Shown piece after piece: positions 18,045-28,161 of a stretch of 64,000 bases of DNA. This stretch comes from Flavobacteriales bacterium (GTDB lineage: Bacteria > Bacteroidota > Bacteroidia > Flavobacteriales_C > GCA-002722245). The position numbers were made by a program, and so were the translations under genes. Every line of letters starts with the position of its first letter. Position 1 is the first letter of the stretch. The DNA is taken from positions 55,723 through 119,722 of the forward strand of contig PBLA01000007.1 of the NCBI GenBank assembly GCA_002722245.1, read 5' to 3'. A model generated the notes under the pieces. It made no database searches and was not told where the DNA came from. It was given only the letters and a program-made list of their open reading frames with translations.

Positions 18045-19860
18045 CCTTGTAAAACACTTTATCTATCATTTCCTTTTCTAACTCCACTCGTTCAACATCT
18101 CCTTTTAAATATTGTTCAATCATTAAACTAGCAATTGGCGCTGCTGTACCTCCACCTCCTCCGGCATTTTCAACGAATACCGCAATGGCAATTTCAGGAT
18201 TTTTTCTAGGGGCAAATGCCATAAAAACGGAATGATCATCGCCGTGGGGGTTTTGTGATGTTCCTGTTTTCCCACAAATTGTTATACTATCTAATCGAGA
18301 CCTTAATGCTGTTCCGCCAGATTCTTCTAATACCCATTGCATCCCTTTTTGAACGATATCAAATCGTGTAGAATCAACCAACGTTTGATTCCGATAAGAA
18401 GAATCATTTTCAAAATTGATTTTTTGCTCGCCAACAGCCGTCACCAAATGAGGACGAAAATAATATCCTTTATTTGCAATGGAGGCGGCCAAATTAGCCA
18501 TTTGAATCGGGGTTACAGAAAATTCACCTTGACCAATTGCAATAGAATAAATTGTACTCCAATTCCAATGATTTCTCCCATAAATTTTATCATATTCTCG
18601 TTTATCAGGAACATTTCCATCCTTTTCTCCGTGAAGATCAATTCCCAAAGGGTCACCAAAACCAAAAGAACGGACATATTTTTCCCATTCATCCATACCT
18701 TTTCTCATTTGAGCCATATTTCCTTTTCTTCCTTTATTAAAAATTTTATTTACTAGATGATAATAATAAGGATTGCAAGAGTGTTGAATTGCCTGAGGCA
18801 ATGTTAACGGACTTGAATGATTATGACATCCTACGAGGTTTGTGTTACACCTATATGAGGTATACTCATTGGCCACCCCAATGTCTAATGCAATGGCACT
18901 TTGTAACGTTTTTACTATTGACCCTGGAGGTTGACGAGACTGTATGGCTCTAGGAAAAAGAATTTTCTTTTCATCCTTTGCTAAACTCTGATAGTTTTTA
19001 CCATACTTCCCCCCAACCAATAAATTAGGGTCGTAAGTAGGCGCATTCACCATTGCCAAGACCTCTCCAGTTGATGGCTCTAACGCCACTATTGCTCCAA
19101 TTTTCCCCCTCATCAAACGCTCACCATACTCCTGCAAATCAGCATCTAACGTGGTTTTTAAATTGTTTCCAGGTTTTGGAAAAGTATCCAAAGCACCCTC
19201 TAGGTAAGAAGATATATGCTTCCCATGTCGATTTTTTAAATAATGCTTCCAGCCCTTCTTTCCTCGCAATACTTGTTCGTAAAATTGTTCAAGTCCAGAA
19301 CTTCCTTTATAATCTTGAGGAATATAAAAAGCATCTTTTTTCAAATCTCTTGGCCCCACTTTAGAAACATGACCTAACACGTGGGCAGCAATTGCTTTTG
19401 GATAATTTCTAACGGTTCTTTTTTTTACAGAGATTCCTTTGTAATTGAATAATCGTTCTTTAATCCCTCCGAAATCCTCCGACTTCATAAGCGATTCAAA
19501 AACTTGCGGAACTCGAGAGGAATAACCTCTGTTCTGTTTTATACTTCCTAGCCTATGATTAAATTCTACCGTGTCAATCCCCAATAATTTACAGAATCTT
19601 AATGTATCTGCTTCAAAATCACGCAGAGTGATCATGACATCATACGCAATCTCATTTTGGACCAACACTATACCATTTCGATCATAAATATTTCCTCTAA
19701 CTGGAAATTCTACAACTTTATCTACAGCATCGGTTTTTGCTCGATTCGTAAAAAAATCATTGGCAATAACCTGGACATAGAAAAGACGAGAAAGATAAAT
19801 CACAAAGAAAAATCCAAAAAGTAACGCAATGTGATATTTTCTCGATTCTAATTTTGCCAT
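18037..19860 (-). CDS. mrdA: Penicillin-binding protein 2 (elongasome transpeptidase)
   Basis: It has an N-terminal anchor and the motifs SxxK (PGSIVK), SxN (HSCN) and KTGT (GKTGTS). It overlaps rodA by 8 nt. Confidence 0.9.
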   Translation of the reverse strand: MAKLESRKYHIALLFGFFFVIYLSRLFYVQVIANDFFTNRAKTDAVDKVVEFPVRGNIYDRNGIVLVQNEIAYDVMITLRDFEADTLRFCKLLGIDTVEFNHRLGSIKQNRGYSSRVPQVFESLMKSEDFGGIKERLFNYKGISVKKRTVRNYPKAIAAHVLGHVSKVGPRDLKKDAFYIPQDYKGSSGLEQFYEQVLRGKKGWKHYLKNRHGKHISSYLEGALDTFPKPGNNLKTTLDADLQEYGERLMRGKIGAIVALEPSTGEVLAMVNAPTYDPNLLVGGKYGKNYQSLAKDEKKILFPRAIQSRQPPGSIVKTLQSAIALDIGVANEYTSYRCNTNLVGCHNHSSPLTLPQAIQHSCNPYYYHLVNKIFNKGRKGNMAQMRKGMDEWEKYVRSFGFGDPLGIDLHGEKDGNVPDKREYDKIYGRNHWNWSTIYSIAIGQGEFSVTPIQMANLAASIANKGYYFRPHLVTAVGEQKINFENDSSYRNQTLVDSTRFDIVQKGMQWVLEESGGTALRSRLDSITICGKTGTSQNPHGDDHSVFMAFAPRKNPEIAIAVFVENAGGGGGTAAPIASLMIEQYLKGDVERVELEKEMIDKVFYKVE

Positions 19861-20372
19861 TACTTTTCTTTACTTATGAGCAAATACTGAATACCCATGA
19901 TTAAGGTCCAACTAAAAATCAAACTCATTATTGTTCTGAGTAATGTACTCCAGAGAATAGTTATTGAAAACGCCTCTAACGTAAAAAAGAGTATATGATG
20001 AATTGCCAACATAAGAAATAAAAAAACGGCGTAATTTTTTAAGCCAAGGTTTGTAATTGATGGCTTTATCTGTTCAGACCCCATATCAGCAGGGCCTAGA
20101 GAAGATAAAAAAAACGGCCTCAAATAGGCAATAACTGTACATGCAACTGCATGGGCACCACCCGTATTGGTAAATAGATCCATTATTAAACCTAGAAAAA
20201 ATCCAATCAGTAACAATAAGGATGTATTTATATTTCTAATTTGATATAAAATAATCAAAGGATAAATCATGGGTAACAGGTAGTGTGATATATTAAGCTG
20301 ATTCAAAATTAAACCTTGAAAACAGAGAATAAGCACTAAAAAGAGCGCGTATTTTTGAAAATACCTAGTCAT
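19860..20372 (-). CDS. mreD: Rod shape-determining protein MreD
   Basis: This is a 170-aa polytopic membrane protein lying between mreC and mrdA. It shares a TAATG stop/start overlap with mrdA. Confidence 0.8.
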   Translation of the reverse strand: MTRYFQKYALFLVLILCFQGLILNQLNISHYLLPMIYPLIILYQIRNINTSLLLLIGFFLGLIMDLFTNTGGAHAVACTVIAYLRPFFLSSLGPADMGSEQIKPSITNLGLKNYAVFLFLMLAIHHILFFTLEAFSITILWSTLLRTIMSLIFSWTLIMGIQYLLISKEK

Positions 20373-21201
20373 CTAACTCCTTTTCTTTGTTATGTAAACT
20401 ATTTAATTCCGATTTAAATAAATTCTCTACCACATACACCTTATTTAGAGAAGAATAATCGATATTCAAACGCACCATAACACGTTGCATTTGGTTATCT
20501 AAATCGCTTTCCGATGACTCAATTGTACCCATAAAGATACCAGCTGGAAAAACAGATGAATGTCCTGAGGTAAGAATTGAGTCCCCTTCCTGTATTTGAG
20601 TTGTAATTGGAATATCATTGATTACAGCCATTGATATATCCTGGTTATCCCACTTCAAAAACCCAGAAACACCACTTGATTTTAATTTACATGAAATCGA
20701 TGTTTTAGGATGTAAAAAAGAGATTACTGTTGAAAAATTTGCAGAAACTGCTCCCACGATTCCAACCACTCCAGATGGAGAAATCACACCCATTTCCTCA
20801 ATAATACCATCATCACTTCCAAGATTCAATGTGATATAATTATTCGGTTTTGTATAAGAATTACTAATCACCTCTCCCACTCGATAAATATATTTTTGAT
20901 TATAAAGAGTATCGTTAATTGTAAAATATTCTCCATTAACCTTTTTTAAAGAAGTTACCAATTGACTTCTCAATTCTGCGTTTTCCTTTTGCAGTTCAGT
21001 ATTCACCTCACGTAAATTAAAATACTCTTCAATGTGATAAATTGTAGCATAGGTTCCTCCAGAAATCGCATTGGCTGAATTTATAAATTTTGTACGCTGA
21101 TAATTATTCTGTTGAATGGTTAATACTAGTCCAGCAAACACTAAAACCCCAAATAAAATTTGGAGATGAAAACGTTTCAATATGGCCAAAATATTAATCA
21201 T
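20365..21201 (-). CDS. mreC: Rod shape-determining protein MreC
   Basis: It has an N-terminal anchor, a coiled coil (NTELQKENAELRSQL) and a beta-rich C-terminal domain. It lies directly downstream of mreB. Confidence 0.85.
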   Translation of the reverse strand: MINILAILKRFHLQILFGVLVFAGLVLTIQQNNYQRTKFINSANAISGGTYATIYHIEEYFNLREVNTELQKENAELRSQLVTSLKKVNGEYFTINDTLYNQKYIYRVGEVISNSYTKPNNYITLNLGSDDGIIEEMGVISPSGVVGIVGAVSANFSTVISFLHPKTSISCKLKSSGVSGFLKWDNQDISMAVINDIPITTQIQEGDSILTSGHSSVFPAGIFMGTIESSESDLDNQMQRVMVRLNIDYSSLNKVYVVENLFKSELNSLHNKEKELDD

Positions 21202-21276
21202 CTATTTATACTTAAAAAAAAACCGCAATTAAACATACTGTTTGAATCACGGTTCTTGCTTTAATTCCATTGCTGA

Positions 21277-22302
21277 TCAAATCAAGAAAGAGAATCTTTC
21301 GAAGTTTTTCAATGCAATACCCGTTCCCCGTGCAACAGCTTTTAATGGATCATCTGCCACATGTACAGGAAGTTTCGTTTTTAATGAGATTCTCTTATCT
21401 AGTCCTCTTAGCATAGATCCTCCTCCTGCGAGATAAATTCCCGTTCGGTATATATCAGCAGATAATTCAGGTGGCGTCATTTCTAAAGCACTTAAAATAG
21501 CTGCCTCAATTTTACTTATTGACTTATCCAAACAATGTGCAATTTCGGAATAAGAAACCTCAATTTCTTTTGGAATACCTGTCATTAAATCTCTTCCATG
21601 CACTGCCATGTTTTGTGGAGGCTCATCCAATTCAGTAATTGCAGCTCCAACAGCAATTTTAATTCGTTCTGCTGTTCTTTCTCCAACTAAAATATTGTGT
21701 TGCCTTCTCATGTACTCCTCAATGTCATTAGTGAATTCATCCCCAGCAACACGTATCGATTTATCACATACAATACCTCCCAATGCAATGACAGCAATTT
21801 CTGATGTCCCACCTCCTATATCAATAACCATATTTCCCTGCGGTTCTTCTACATCAATTCCAATTCCAATAGCAGCAGCCATAGGCTCTTGAATTAACTT
21901 TACTTCTTTCGCACCTGCGTGCTCCGCAGAATCGCGAACAGCTCTCATTTCAACCTGAGTAATACCGGAAGGAATACAAATAACCATTCGAATATTTGAA
22001 GGTCCAAACATCTTCTTCTTCCCATTATTGATCATTTTAATGAACCCTCTGATCATTTCCTCAGCAGCCTGGAAGTCCGCAATCACACCATCTTTTAAAG
22101 GACGTATTGTTTTTATTTCTTCATGGGTTTTTCCATGCATTTGCATGGCTCTTTTACCTATTGCCATCACATTACCAGACCTTCTATCTTTGGCAATAAT
22201 TGACGGTTCGTCTACGACTACCTTATCGCTTTCAATTATTAAGGTATTTGCCGTACCTAAATCAATCGCAATTTCTTGGTTTAAAAAACTAAATAGCCCC
22301 AT
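21277..22302 (-). CDS. mreB: Rod shape-determining actin homologue MreB
   Basis: Actin-fold phosphate motifs are present (AIDLGTANT, VIDIGGGTSE, GIYLAGGGS). Confidence 0.95.
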   Translation of the reverse strand: MGLFSFLNQEIAIDLGTANTLIIESDKVVVDEPSIIAKDRRSGNVMAIGKRAMQMHGKTHEEIKTIRPLKDGVIADFQAAEEMIRGFIKMINNGKKKMFGPSNIRMVICIPSGITQVEMRAVRDSAEHAGAKEVKLIQEPMAAAIGIGIDVEEPQGNMVIDIGGGTSEIAVIALGGIVCDKSIRVAGDEFTNDIEEYMRRQHNILVGERTAERIKIAVGAAITELDEPPQNMAVHGRDLMTGIPKEIEVSYSEIAHCLDKSISKIEAAILSALEMTPPELSADIYRTGIYLAGGGSMLRGLDKRISLKTKLPVHVADDPLKAVARGTGIALKNFERFSFLI

Positions 22303-22306
22303 ATCT

Positions 22307-22314
22307 TAAATATA
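22307..22314 (-). promoter_or_regulatory. -7-like box TATATTTA, 4 nt upstream of the mreB ATG
   Basis: The minus strand reads TATATTTAagatATG. Confidence 0.4.
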
Positions 22315-22384
22315 CATTCAGTATTCGAAAATTAGTTGGTTTTTAACATAGAGTTATCAACCGTAATCAGTTTATTCTGAGAGA

Positions 22385-23905
22385 TTAATGTTTAAAATGA
22401 CGAATACCTGTCATAACCATGGCCATTTCGTTTTTATTACAAAAATCAATAGAATCTTGGTCCTTAATTGATCCTCCCGGTTGAACAACAGCAGTTATCC
22501 CTGCATTTTTTGCTAACTCAACACAATCTGGGAAAGGGAAAAAAGCATCAGATGCCATAACAGCACCCTCTAATGAAAAACCAAACGCATCGGCTTTTTC
22601 AACGGCCTGCTTTAATGCATCTACACGAGATGTTTGACCTGTTCCACTTGAGATCAACGTATTATCTTTAGCAAAAACAATGGTATTCGATTTAGTATGC
22701 TTGCAAATTTTTGCAGCAAAAATCAAATCATTTTTTTCAGATATTGACGCTTCTTTATTTGTTACCGATTTCAACTCGTCAATCGATTCCATTTTCATGT
22801 CTTTATCCTGGACTAAGGTTCCATTAAGTGCTGTTCTTACCGATTTTTTAGGTAATTCAACGGGCTTTTGAATTAAGATAATTCTATTCTTTTTAGCCGT
22901 TAAAACAGGAAGAGCATCTGACTCATAACCAGGAGCGATAAGCACCTCAAAGAAAAGCTTTTGTATCTCCTCTGCAGTTTCTTTATTAATTTTAGCATTC
23001 GTAATCAAAACACCTCCAAAAGCAGAAACAGGATCCCCTGCCAAAGCATCTTTCCAAGCCTCCAAAACAGTAGATCTGGTAGCCACACCACATGCATTAT
23101 TATGTTTTAGTACAGCAAAAGTAGTCTCGTTAAATTCTGCTATTAAATTTACTGCAGAATCAACATCTAGTAAATTATTATACGACAACTCCTTACCATT
23201 TAACTTTTCAAACATCTCGTTTAAATCACCGTAAAAAGCCCCTTTTTGATGAGGATTCTCACCGTATCTTAACACTTGAGAAGTTGGCTCAGACAATTTT
23301 AGAGCAGACTGATTATCCCCGTCAAAGTACTTGAAAATTTCCGAATCGTAGTGAGAAGAAACGTTAAAAGCAGCTAACGCAAACCCTCTGCGATCATCCT
23401 CATTTGATATACCCTCTTTAGATTCTAACAAATCTATTAATCCTTGATATTGATTTTTCGAAGGAACAATAATGACATCTTTATAATTCTTTGCAGCCGC
23501 TCTAATTAAGGATATACCACCTATATCTATTTTCTCAATAATATCACTATGTCCCGCACCAGAAGCCACCGTGTCTTCAAAAGGATATAAATCAACAATT
23601 ACAAGATCTATTTCAGGAATAGCATATTGTGCCATTTGCTCTTTATCCCCTTCAAGAGCTCTTCTTCCTAAAATCCCTCCAAAAATCTTTGGGTGTAATG
23701 TCTTTACTCTTCCTCCTAAAATTGAAGGATAATCTGTTAAATCCTCTACCCGTTCAACATCAATCCCTAAACCTTCAATGAAGGTTTGAGTACCTCCAGT
23801 AGAGTAAATAGTAACTCCTAAATCGTTTAACTTCTTTACGATTGGCTCTAAATTTCCTTTATCAAATACGGAAATTAACGCACTTTTAATTTTAACATCT
23901 GTCAT
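22385..23905 (-). CDS. purH: Bifunctional AICAR transformylase / IMP cyclohydrolase
   Basis: An MGS-like N-terminal domain (ALISVFDK...STGGT) is joined to an AICARFT C-terminal domain ending in TGIRHFKH. Confidence 0.95.
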   Translation of the reverse strand: MTDVKIKSALISVFDKGNLEPIVKKLNDLGVTIYSTGGTQTFIEGLGIDVERVEDLTDYPSILGGRVKTLHPKIFGGILGRRALEGDKEQMAQYAIPEIDLVIVDLYPFEDTVASGAGHSDIIEKIDIGGISLIRAAAKNYKDVIIVPSKNQYQGLIDLLESKEGISNEDDRRGFALAAFNVSSHYDSEIFKYFDGDNQSALKLSEPTSQVLRYGENPHQKGAFYGDLNEMFEKLNGKELSYNNLLDVDSAVNLIAEFNETTFAVLKHNNACGVATRSTVLEAWKDALAGDPVSAFGGVLITNAKINKETAEEIQKLFFEVLIAPGYESDALPVLTAKKNRIILIQKPVELPKKSVRTALNGTLVQDKDMKMESIDELKSVTNKEASISEKNDLIFAAKICKHTKSNTIVFAKDNTLISSGTGQTSRVDALKQAVEKADAFGFSLEGAVMASDAFFPFPDCVELAKNAGITAVVQPGGSIKDQDSIDFCNKNEMAMVMTGIRHFKH

Positions 23906-23991
23906 TTTGGGTAAACCTTAGAATAAACTACAAGTTTACGGTTTATCCCTAGCTTGCTCAATTTATAGAAGACCTTTTTATTATAATGTTG

Positions 23992-24017
23992 AAAAGTTAT
24001 AGAGTTTGTTAACTTTT
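23992..24017 (-). terminator. Weak AT-rich hairpin after the hypothetical trio
   Basis: AAAAGTTA and TAACTTTT form an 8-bp stem with a 10-nt loop. It is almost all A/T and has no clear U-tract. Confidence 0.2.
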
Positions 24018-24045
24018 TGTGATTATTTGAAAGAGAATATAAAGA

Positions 24046-25542
24046 TTATAACCCAATCTTAAGCATCCTCCCTTCATATAAAACCAGAAATTTTCCTGGG
24101 TGGACATTATCATCAATCATACATTTCCAAGCTCCCTTTAATGCATCGTTTTTTTCATTTACCACAAAACCTTCTTTGTCTATTGAACCTGCACTCATTT
24201 CCATATAATACACCTTACCATCTTCAGGATTTTTAACCATTTTCCTAATTGCTTTTTCCCAATTTTTTGCACTCTTCATTTGGTCATAGTGTGGATGTCC
24301 ATACCTCCCAAAACTTGAGAATAATAAACAAGCTTTGTCATCATGGATAAACGCAAGATTTGTATTCATGGTTCTAGCAATTAAAGCCATACCACCACCA
24401 TGCGTATTATAAGATAATTGATTATTATTATTAAGTGAAAGGATAAATTGTTTACCAAGAACAATTGAACCATTGTCGGCATAGGAAATCTTTCTTATTG
24501 TGTAATAGCAATATCCATCATTTGCCCTTATACTTGAGCCTTCATAGTATAGATACTTACTAGTTATATCTTGGTATAAATCATTACTCAATTGTTCTTT
24601 AAATTTCACAACAATTTTATTTTTAATCTCCATTGACTTGCGATAAATCTCAATCTTAAAAGTACCGATTGGCTTTTTTAAATTTTCCATATCTCCAGCC
24701 AAACCTGTTAAATAAATCATACTATCATTAAATTGAATATTAGATTCTAGCATATTATATTCATTTAAGGAAACTAGGATCTCAGAAACATTAGATTCTT
24801 TATCCATTAATGCTATTTTCCATCCATCAGCTAACGATGAATTAACCTGACTATGGTTTATACCCATCATAAAATCACCATCATTAAATAGGTGATGGAA
24901 TCTTTTTCGAACATATCCCTTTTTGATACCAAAATCGTACTTCCCAGTAGTTAATGTTTTAAGTTTGTGGTCGAATAACGTGAAAAACGCTATTTCTCTT
25001 GATTCGTCTAATTTCTTTAATTGAGCATTTGTCCCTAACTGTATGTGTGTTTCAGGATAAATACTCACTTTTTCGGAAAAAGCCAGTAAAAAACTATCTT
25101 GATCAGATTTAATCAAATAATTAGCAAAAGGTATAGAACCGATTTTCTGTTTTATTTCTGAGAACTTAAAACTATTTATCTCATTCAAATCCAAATCTCT
25201 TTCTGTTAACCATAAAATTTGCTCATCACAACCTTTTGCATTAAGGGAAAGTCTTACATCAGGTAGATAAATATGAACTAATCCACCATTAAATGGAACT
25301 AACCTAGATCCCATATATCCTTTATCCAACTTCACGACTTTAGTAGGCTTCTTTTCACCGTTGGGTTTGAAAGTTATTTTTTTTAAACCTGACTTATAAA
25401 ACCCACCATTAAAAGGAGTTTGGTTCAAATAATTATAATTTAAATTAAACTTATAAGGTTTGAATGTTTTTAAATTCTGTCCAATAGATAGTGAACATGA
25501 AAATATTAGAACGAAAAAACTAAAATGAATACGAAAAACCAT
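24046..25542 (-). CDS. Secreted hypothetical protein (498 aa), no recognisable family
   Basis: It has a signal peptide (FSFFVLIFSCSLSIG/Q). Its start overlaps the end of the upstream OMP gene by 23 nt. The composition is beta-rich. Confidence 0.6.
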   Translation of the reverse strand: MVFRIHFSFFVLIFSCSLSIGQNLKTFKPYKFNLNYNYLNQTPFNGGFYKSGLKKITFKPNGEKKPTKVVKLDKGYMGSRLVPFNGGLVHIYLPDVRLSLNAKGCDEQILWLTERDLDLNEINSFKFSEIKQKIGSIPFANYLIKSDQDSFLLAFSEKVSIYPETHIQLGTNAQLKKLDESREIAFFTLFDHKLKTLTTGKYDFGIKKGYVRKRFHHLFNDGDFMMGINHSQVNSSLADGWKIALMDKESNVSEILVSLNEYNMLESNIQFNDSMIYLTGLAGDMENLKKPIGTFKIEIYRKSMEIKNKIVVKFKEQLSNDLYQDITSKYLYYEGSSIRANDGYCYYTIRKISYADNGSIVLGKQFILSLNNNNQLSYNTHGGGMALIARTMNTNLAFIHDDKACLLFSSFGRYGHPHYDQMKSAKNWEKAIRKMVKNPEDGKVYYMEMSAGSIDKEGFVVNEKNDALKGAWKCMIDDNVHPGKFLVLYEGRMLKIGL

Positions 25543-26173
25543 AATTTATATTAAAGAAATAAGGAAATATAAAATTGTCGAAATAGCGTTTATTGATGCT
25601 TTGTGCATAAACAAAATAAGGATCTGAATCGTCATCATCAAAAGCCTTCTTATTCATAGGGATATTCATTCCAAAATGAATTCCATAAAACAAATAAAGT
25701 GAGGAAGCTACTTTTATATTATTCCTGAACTTATAAGTGGCAACAAAACAAGTTGAACGTCCTTTAAATAATCTTTGTCCAGGATCATCATATTCAAAAC
25801 CGTAAGCTCCAATTTGAACATCAAAGCTATTTATTATACCATTAGGCAAAATATTGTTTCGAGCACCACTGTTAAATATTAATCCAATTCCTAAACTCCC
25901 CCCCTTAAACGAAAGACCTCCTGGTTGGGCTATATAATCGAAAAATGAACCTAAATCTCCCCCAGTACCATATTCACTTTTCACGAAAGAAGCTCTATAC
26001 AAAACACCAAATCTTCTCGACTTAATTATTGAAAAATCTAAATCTATAGCTCGTTCAGTTACAAACTTGTTCAGATCAATTGTAAACAATTTATTTCTAC
26101 CCAAATAACCATTACCTGCTTTCAAAGCAATAACTGATATCATTAAGAGTAATATGAGCATATATTTTCTCAT
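25520..26173 (-). CDS. Small outer-membrane beta-barrel protein (217 aa)
   Basis: It has a signal peptide (LILLLMISVIALKA), alternating hydrophobic/aromatic strands and a C-terminal ...NYGFSYSF ending in Phe. It overlaps the upstream protease gene by 4 nt. Confidence 0.6.
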   Translation of the reverse strand: MRKYMLILLLMISVIALKAGNGYLGRNKLFTIDLNKFVTERAIDLDFSIIKSRRFGVLYRASFVKSEYGTGGDLGSFFDYIAQPGGLSFKGGSLGIGLIFNSGARNNILPNGIINSFDVQIGAYGFEYDDPGQRLFKGRSTCFVATYKFRNNIKVASSLYLFYGIHFGMNIPMNKKAFDDDDSDPYFVYAQSINKRYFDNFIFPYFFNINYGFSYSF

Positions 26174-28074
26174 TTTTCGAAATTGATCAATTCAGAAGTT
26201 AAAGTTTGAGTAGTGGGTTTAACGATAGCATTTAATATTTTAAAATCACAACTAAAACTGTAGCTATAAATAGTAGTAAATTCAATTTCATAAAACCATC
26301 GAAACTTCCATTCTCTACCTTTCATTCGAAAATTAAAACCTCCTTCAAATATAGACATAGGAATATTAATCGCATTTCCTATTGCATTAATTGGCCCAGC
26401 TGTTCTGTCATTAAAAGTAGTTACATCAGCAATAACAAGTTCTTTTATCTCATTTTCATAGAGAAAAGTCCATAATTCAGGATTTGTCAAAGCACCTTGG
26501 CCATTTGTAAAAGAGGCTCCTCCTACAAAATAATGATCCCCTTGCTTGTATTTTTGAAAATCAATAAACGGTTTAACTAACAAAGTAAAATCTTCCTGCT
26601 TAAAGTTAGTTTGTCCCCAAAATAAAATCTTATACTCTTCTTCATAGTCGATAGCGCTAAGCATCTCAATTAAAGAATTTGTTTTTTGTTGATAACTTAA
26701 AACACTACCGTCGACTCCATACTTTGTTCTTCTAAACTGATTAAAATCGTTAACAAGAATTATTTTCCTAGTCATTTTTTTAAACACATATGATAATTCA
26801 TCATTCAAAAACCTTTTGGCAAACTCAGGGTATTTCTTATTAGGATAAGCGAGATATTTCTTTATCATATCTTTCCACCCATCACTTTTTGTAAGGCCAA
26901 TCGATAAATATATTTCAGGATTAGGTTTTTTTGGAATATTTGAAACCAGATAACGTAAGACATCCTTATACCTTACTCCTTCTTTCAATATTTCAGCAAT
27001 GATTCCTTTTTCTAGCTTATCTACTTCATTATGATTGAAGAATATCCATTTTAAATCATCAAAAGCACCTCTTTTTTCATTAACAAAAACATCACCTAAA
27101 AAACTTCGATTAAGCAAGTTCTTATCCTTTGAAATTACTCTTCTAATAAATTCATGAAGGAAATAGTGAAAATCCTTATTTAGGGGTTCCAAACAATAAT
27201 ACTTGAACGATTTTATTAAACCAATTTTAAATTCGTTGTCTAATAACTTTTTTTGAAGTGTTTGAACCCTAGCATACCTTCTTAAACTTTCGAATTTTTC
27301 ATTTGAAATAAGAGTAGACTTACCCAAATTACCCTTTGCCTTTCCCCAACTTAGCCATTTTTTCATCCGTTGTAAAGTCGGTGGATGTGATACAAACAAC
27401 CTTTCTTTTATTTCCTTTTTTTCCTTCTTTCCATAAACAGTTGTTTTAGCCTTCATTAGCTGTAAAATTGTATCAGCAGAAACGAATTCCATGAAATCTG
27501 CCATCCCATCATACCAATTGTACCCAGCCTTGTAACCATTTATAAAACTTAAACTATCTGCTTCCCACTCTTTTATCCATTCATTATGATTATGTTTAAA
27601 AACTGATTCCCTGTCTGTATCCTTATTCGATTCTTGCTCAAGAATTGATTTATAAATGTGAGATTGATAATAATGTGCATATTCGTGTCCTAACAAATAA
27701 GCTAAACTAGCTTCTGATTCTAACTCTGAAACAATACCCCAGTTCAAGTTTATGGTCCCTAAAAATTCGCAAAATGCATTTGGATCAGAGGATTTATAAA
27801 GGCTAACCTTAGCTTGTTTATTTTCAGGAGCAATTTTGGATAAAATTTGATTCAAATAATCATCAAATTTTGTAGTATCAATGTTCGAAAGACGTCCTTT
27901 CTTTTGATAATTATAATGAATAAAATCAATAAAAAATTTCCTCTCGTTTTTCTCAATTGATCCAAATTGAGATTCTAACTCAAAAACCCTCTTCTCTATT
28001 TCGGCCCTCAAATCATTATTAGCTCTATTAAAAAGAGTAATGCTAGATAAAAAAACAGCAAGAAACCACTTCAT
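26170..28074 (-). CDS. M48-family zinc metallopeptidase with a roughly 390-aa uncharacterised C-terminal region
   Basis: HEYAH is encoded at 27673-27687. An EWEAD motif lies about 40 aa downstream of it, followed by SHPPTLQR. The N-terminal signal/anchor is MKWFLAVFLSS. The ORF track begins at TTG 28104; ATG 28074 is preferred. Confidence 0.7.
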   Translation of the reverse strand: MKWFLAVFLSSITLFNRANNDLRAEIEKRVFELESQFGSIEKNERKFFIDFIHYNYQKKGRLSNIDTTKFDDYLNQILSKIAPENKQAKVSLYKSSDPNAFCEFLGTINLNWGIVSELESEASLAYLLGHEYAHYYQSHIYKSILEQESNKDTDRESVFKHNHNEWIKEWEADSLSFINGYKAGYNWYDGMADFMEFVSADTILQLMKAKTTVYGKKEKKEIKERLFVSHPPTLQRMKKWLSWGKAKGNLGKSTLISNEKFESLRRYARVQTLQKKLLDNEFKIGLIKSFKYYCLEPLNKDFHYFLHEFIRRVISKDKNLLNRSFLGDVFVNEKRGAFDDLKWIFFNHNEVDKLEKGIIAEILKEGVRYKDVLRYLVSNIPKKPNPEIYLSIGLTKSDGWKDMIKKYLAYPNKKYPEFAKRFLNDELSYVFKKMTRKIILVNDFNQFRRTKYGVDGSVLSYQQKTNSLIEMLSAIDYEEEYKILFWGQTNFKQEDFTLLVKPFIDFQKYKQGDHYFVGGASFTNGQGALTNPELWTFLYENEIKELVIADVTTFNDRTAGPINAIGNAINIPMSIFEGGFNFRMKGREWKFRWFYEIEFTTIYSYSFSCDFKILNAIVKPTTQTLTSELINFEK

Positions 28075-28161
28075 TTTCACCAAATAAATTGCCAATTTAT
28101 ACAATTTATTTTTATTTAAACCATCTCATGTGTATCGTTTTAAAATCGGCATAACTTTTTT

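Noticed and set aside
24010-28160. TAACTTTTT on both flanks of the hypothetical trio (24010-24018 and 28152-28160), considered as possible insertion-site direct repeats.
   Set aside because: The 9-bp AT-rich match overlaps hairpin and promoter-like sequence. There is no integrase, tRNA or inverted repeat nearby, so it is insufficient evidence for a mobile island.
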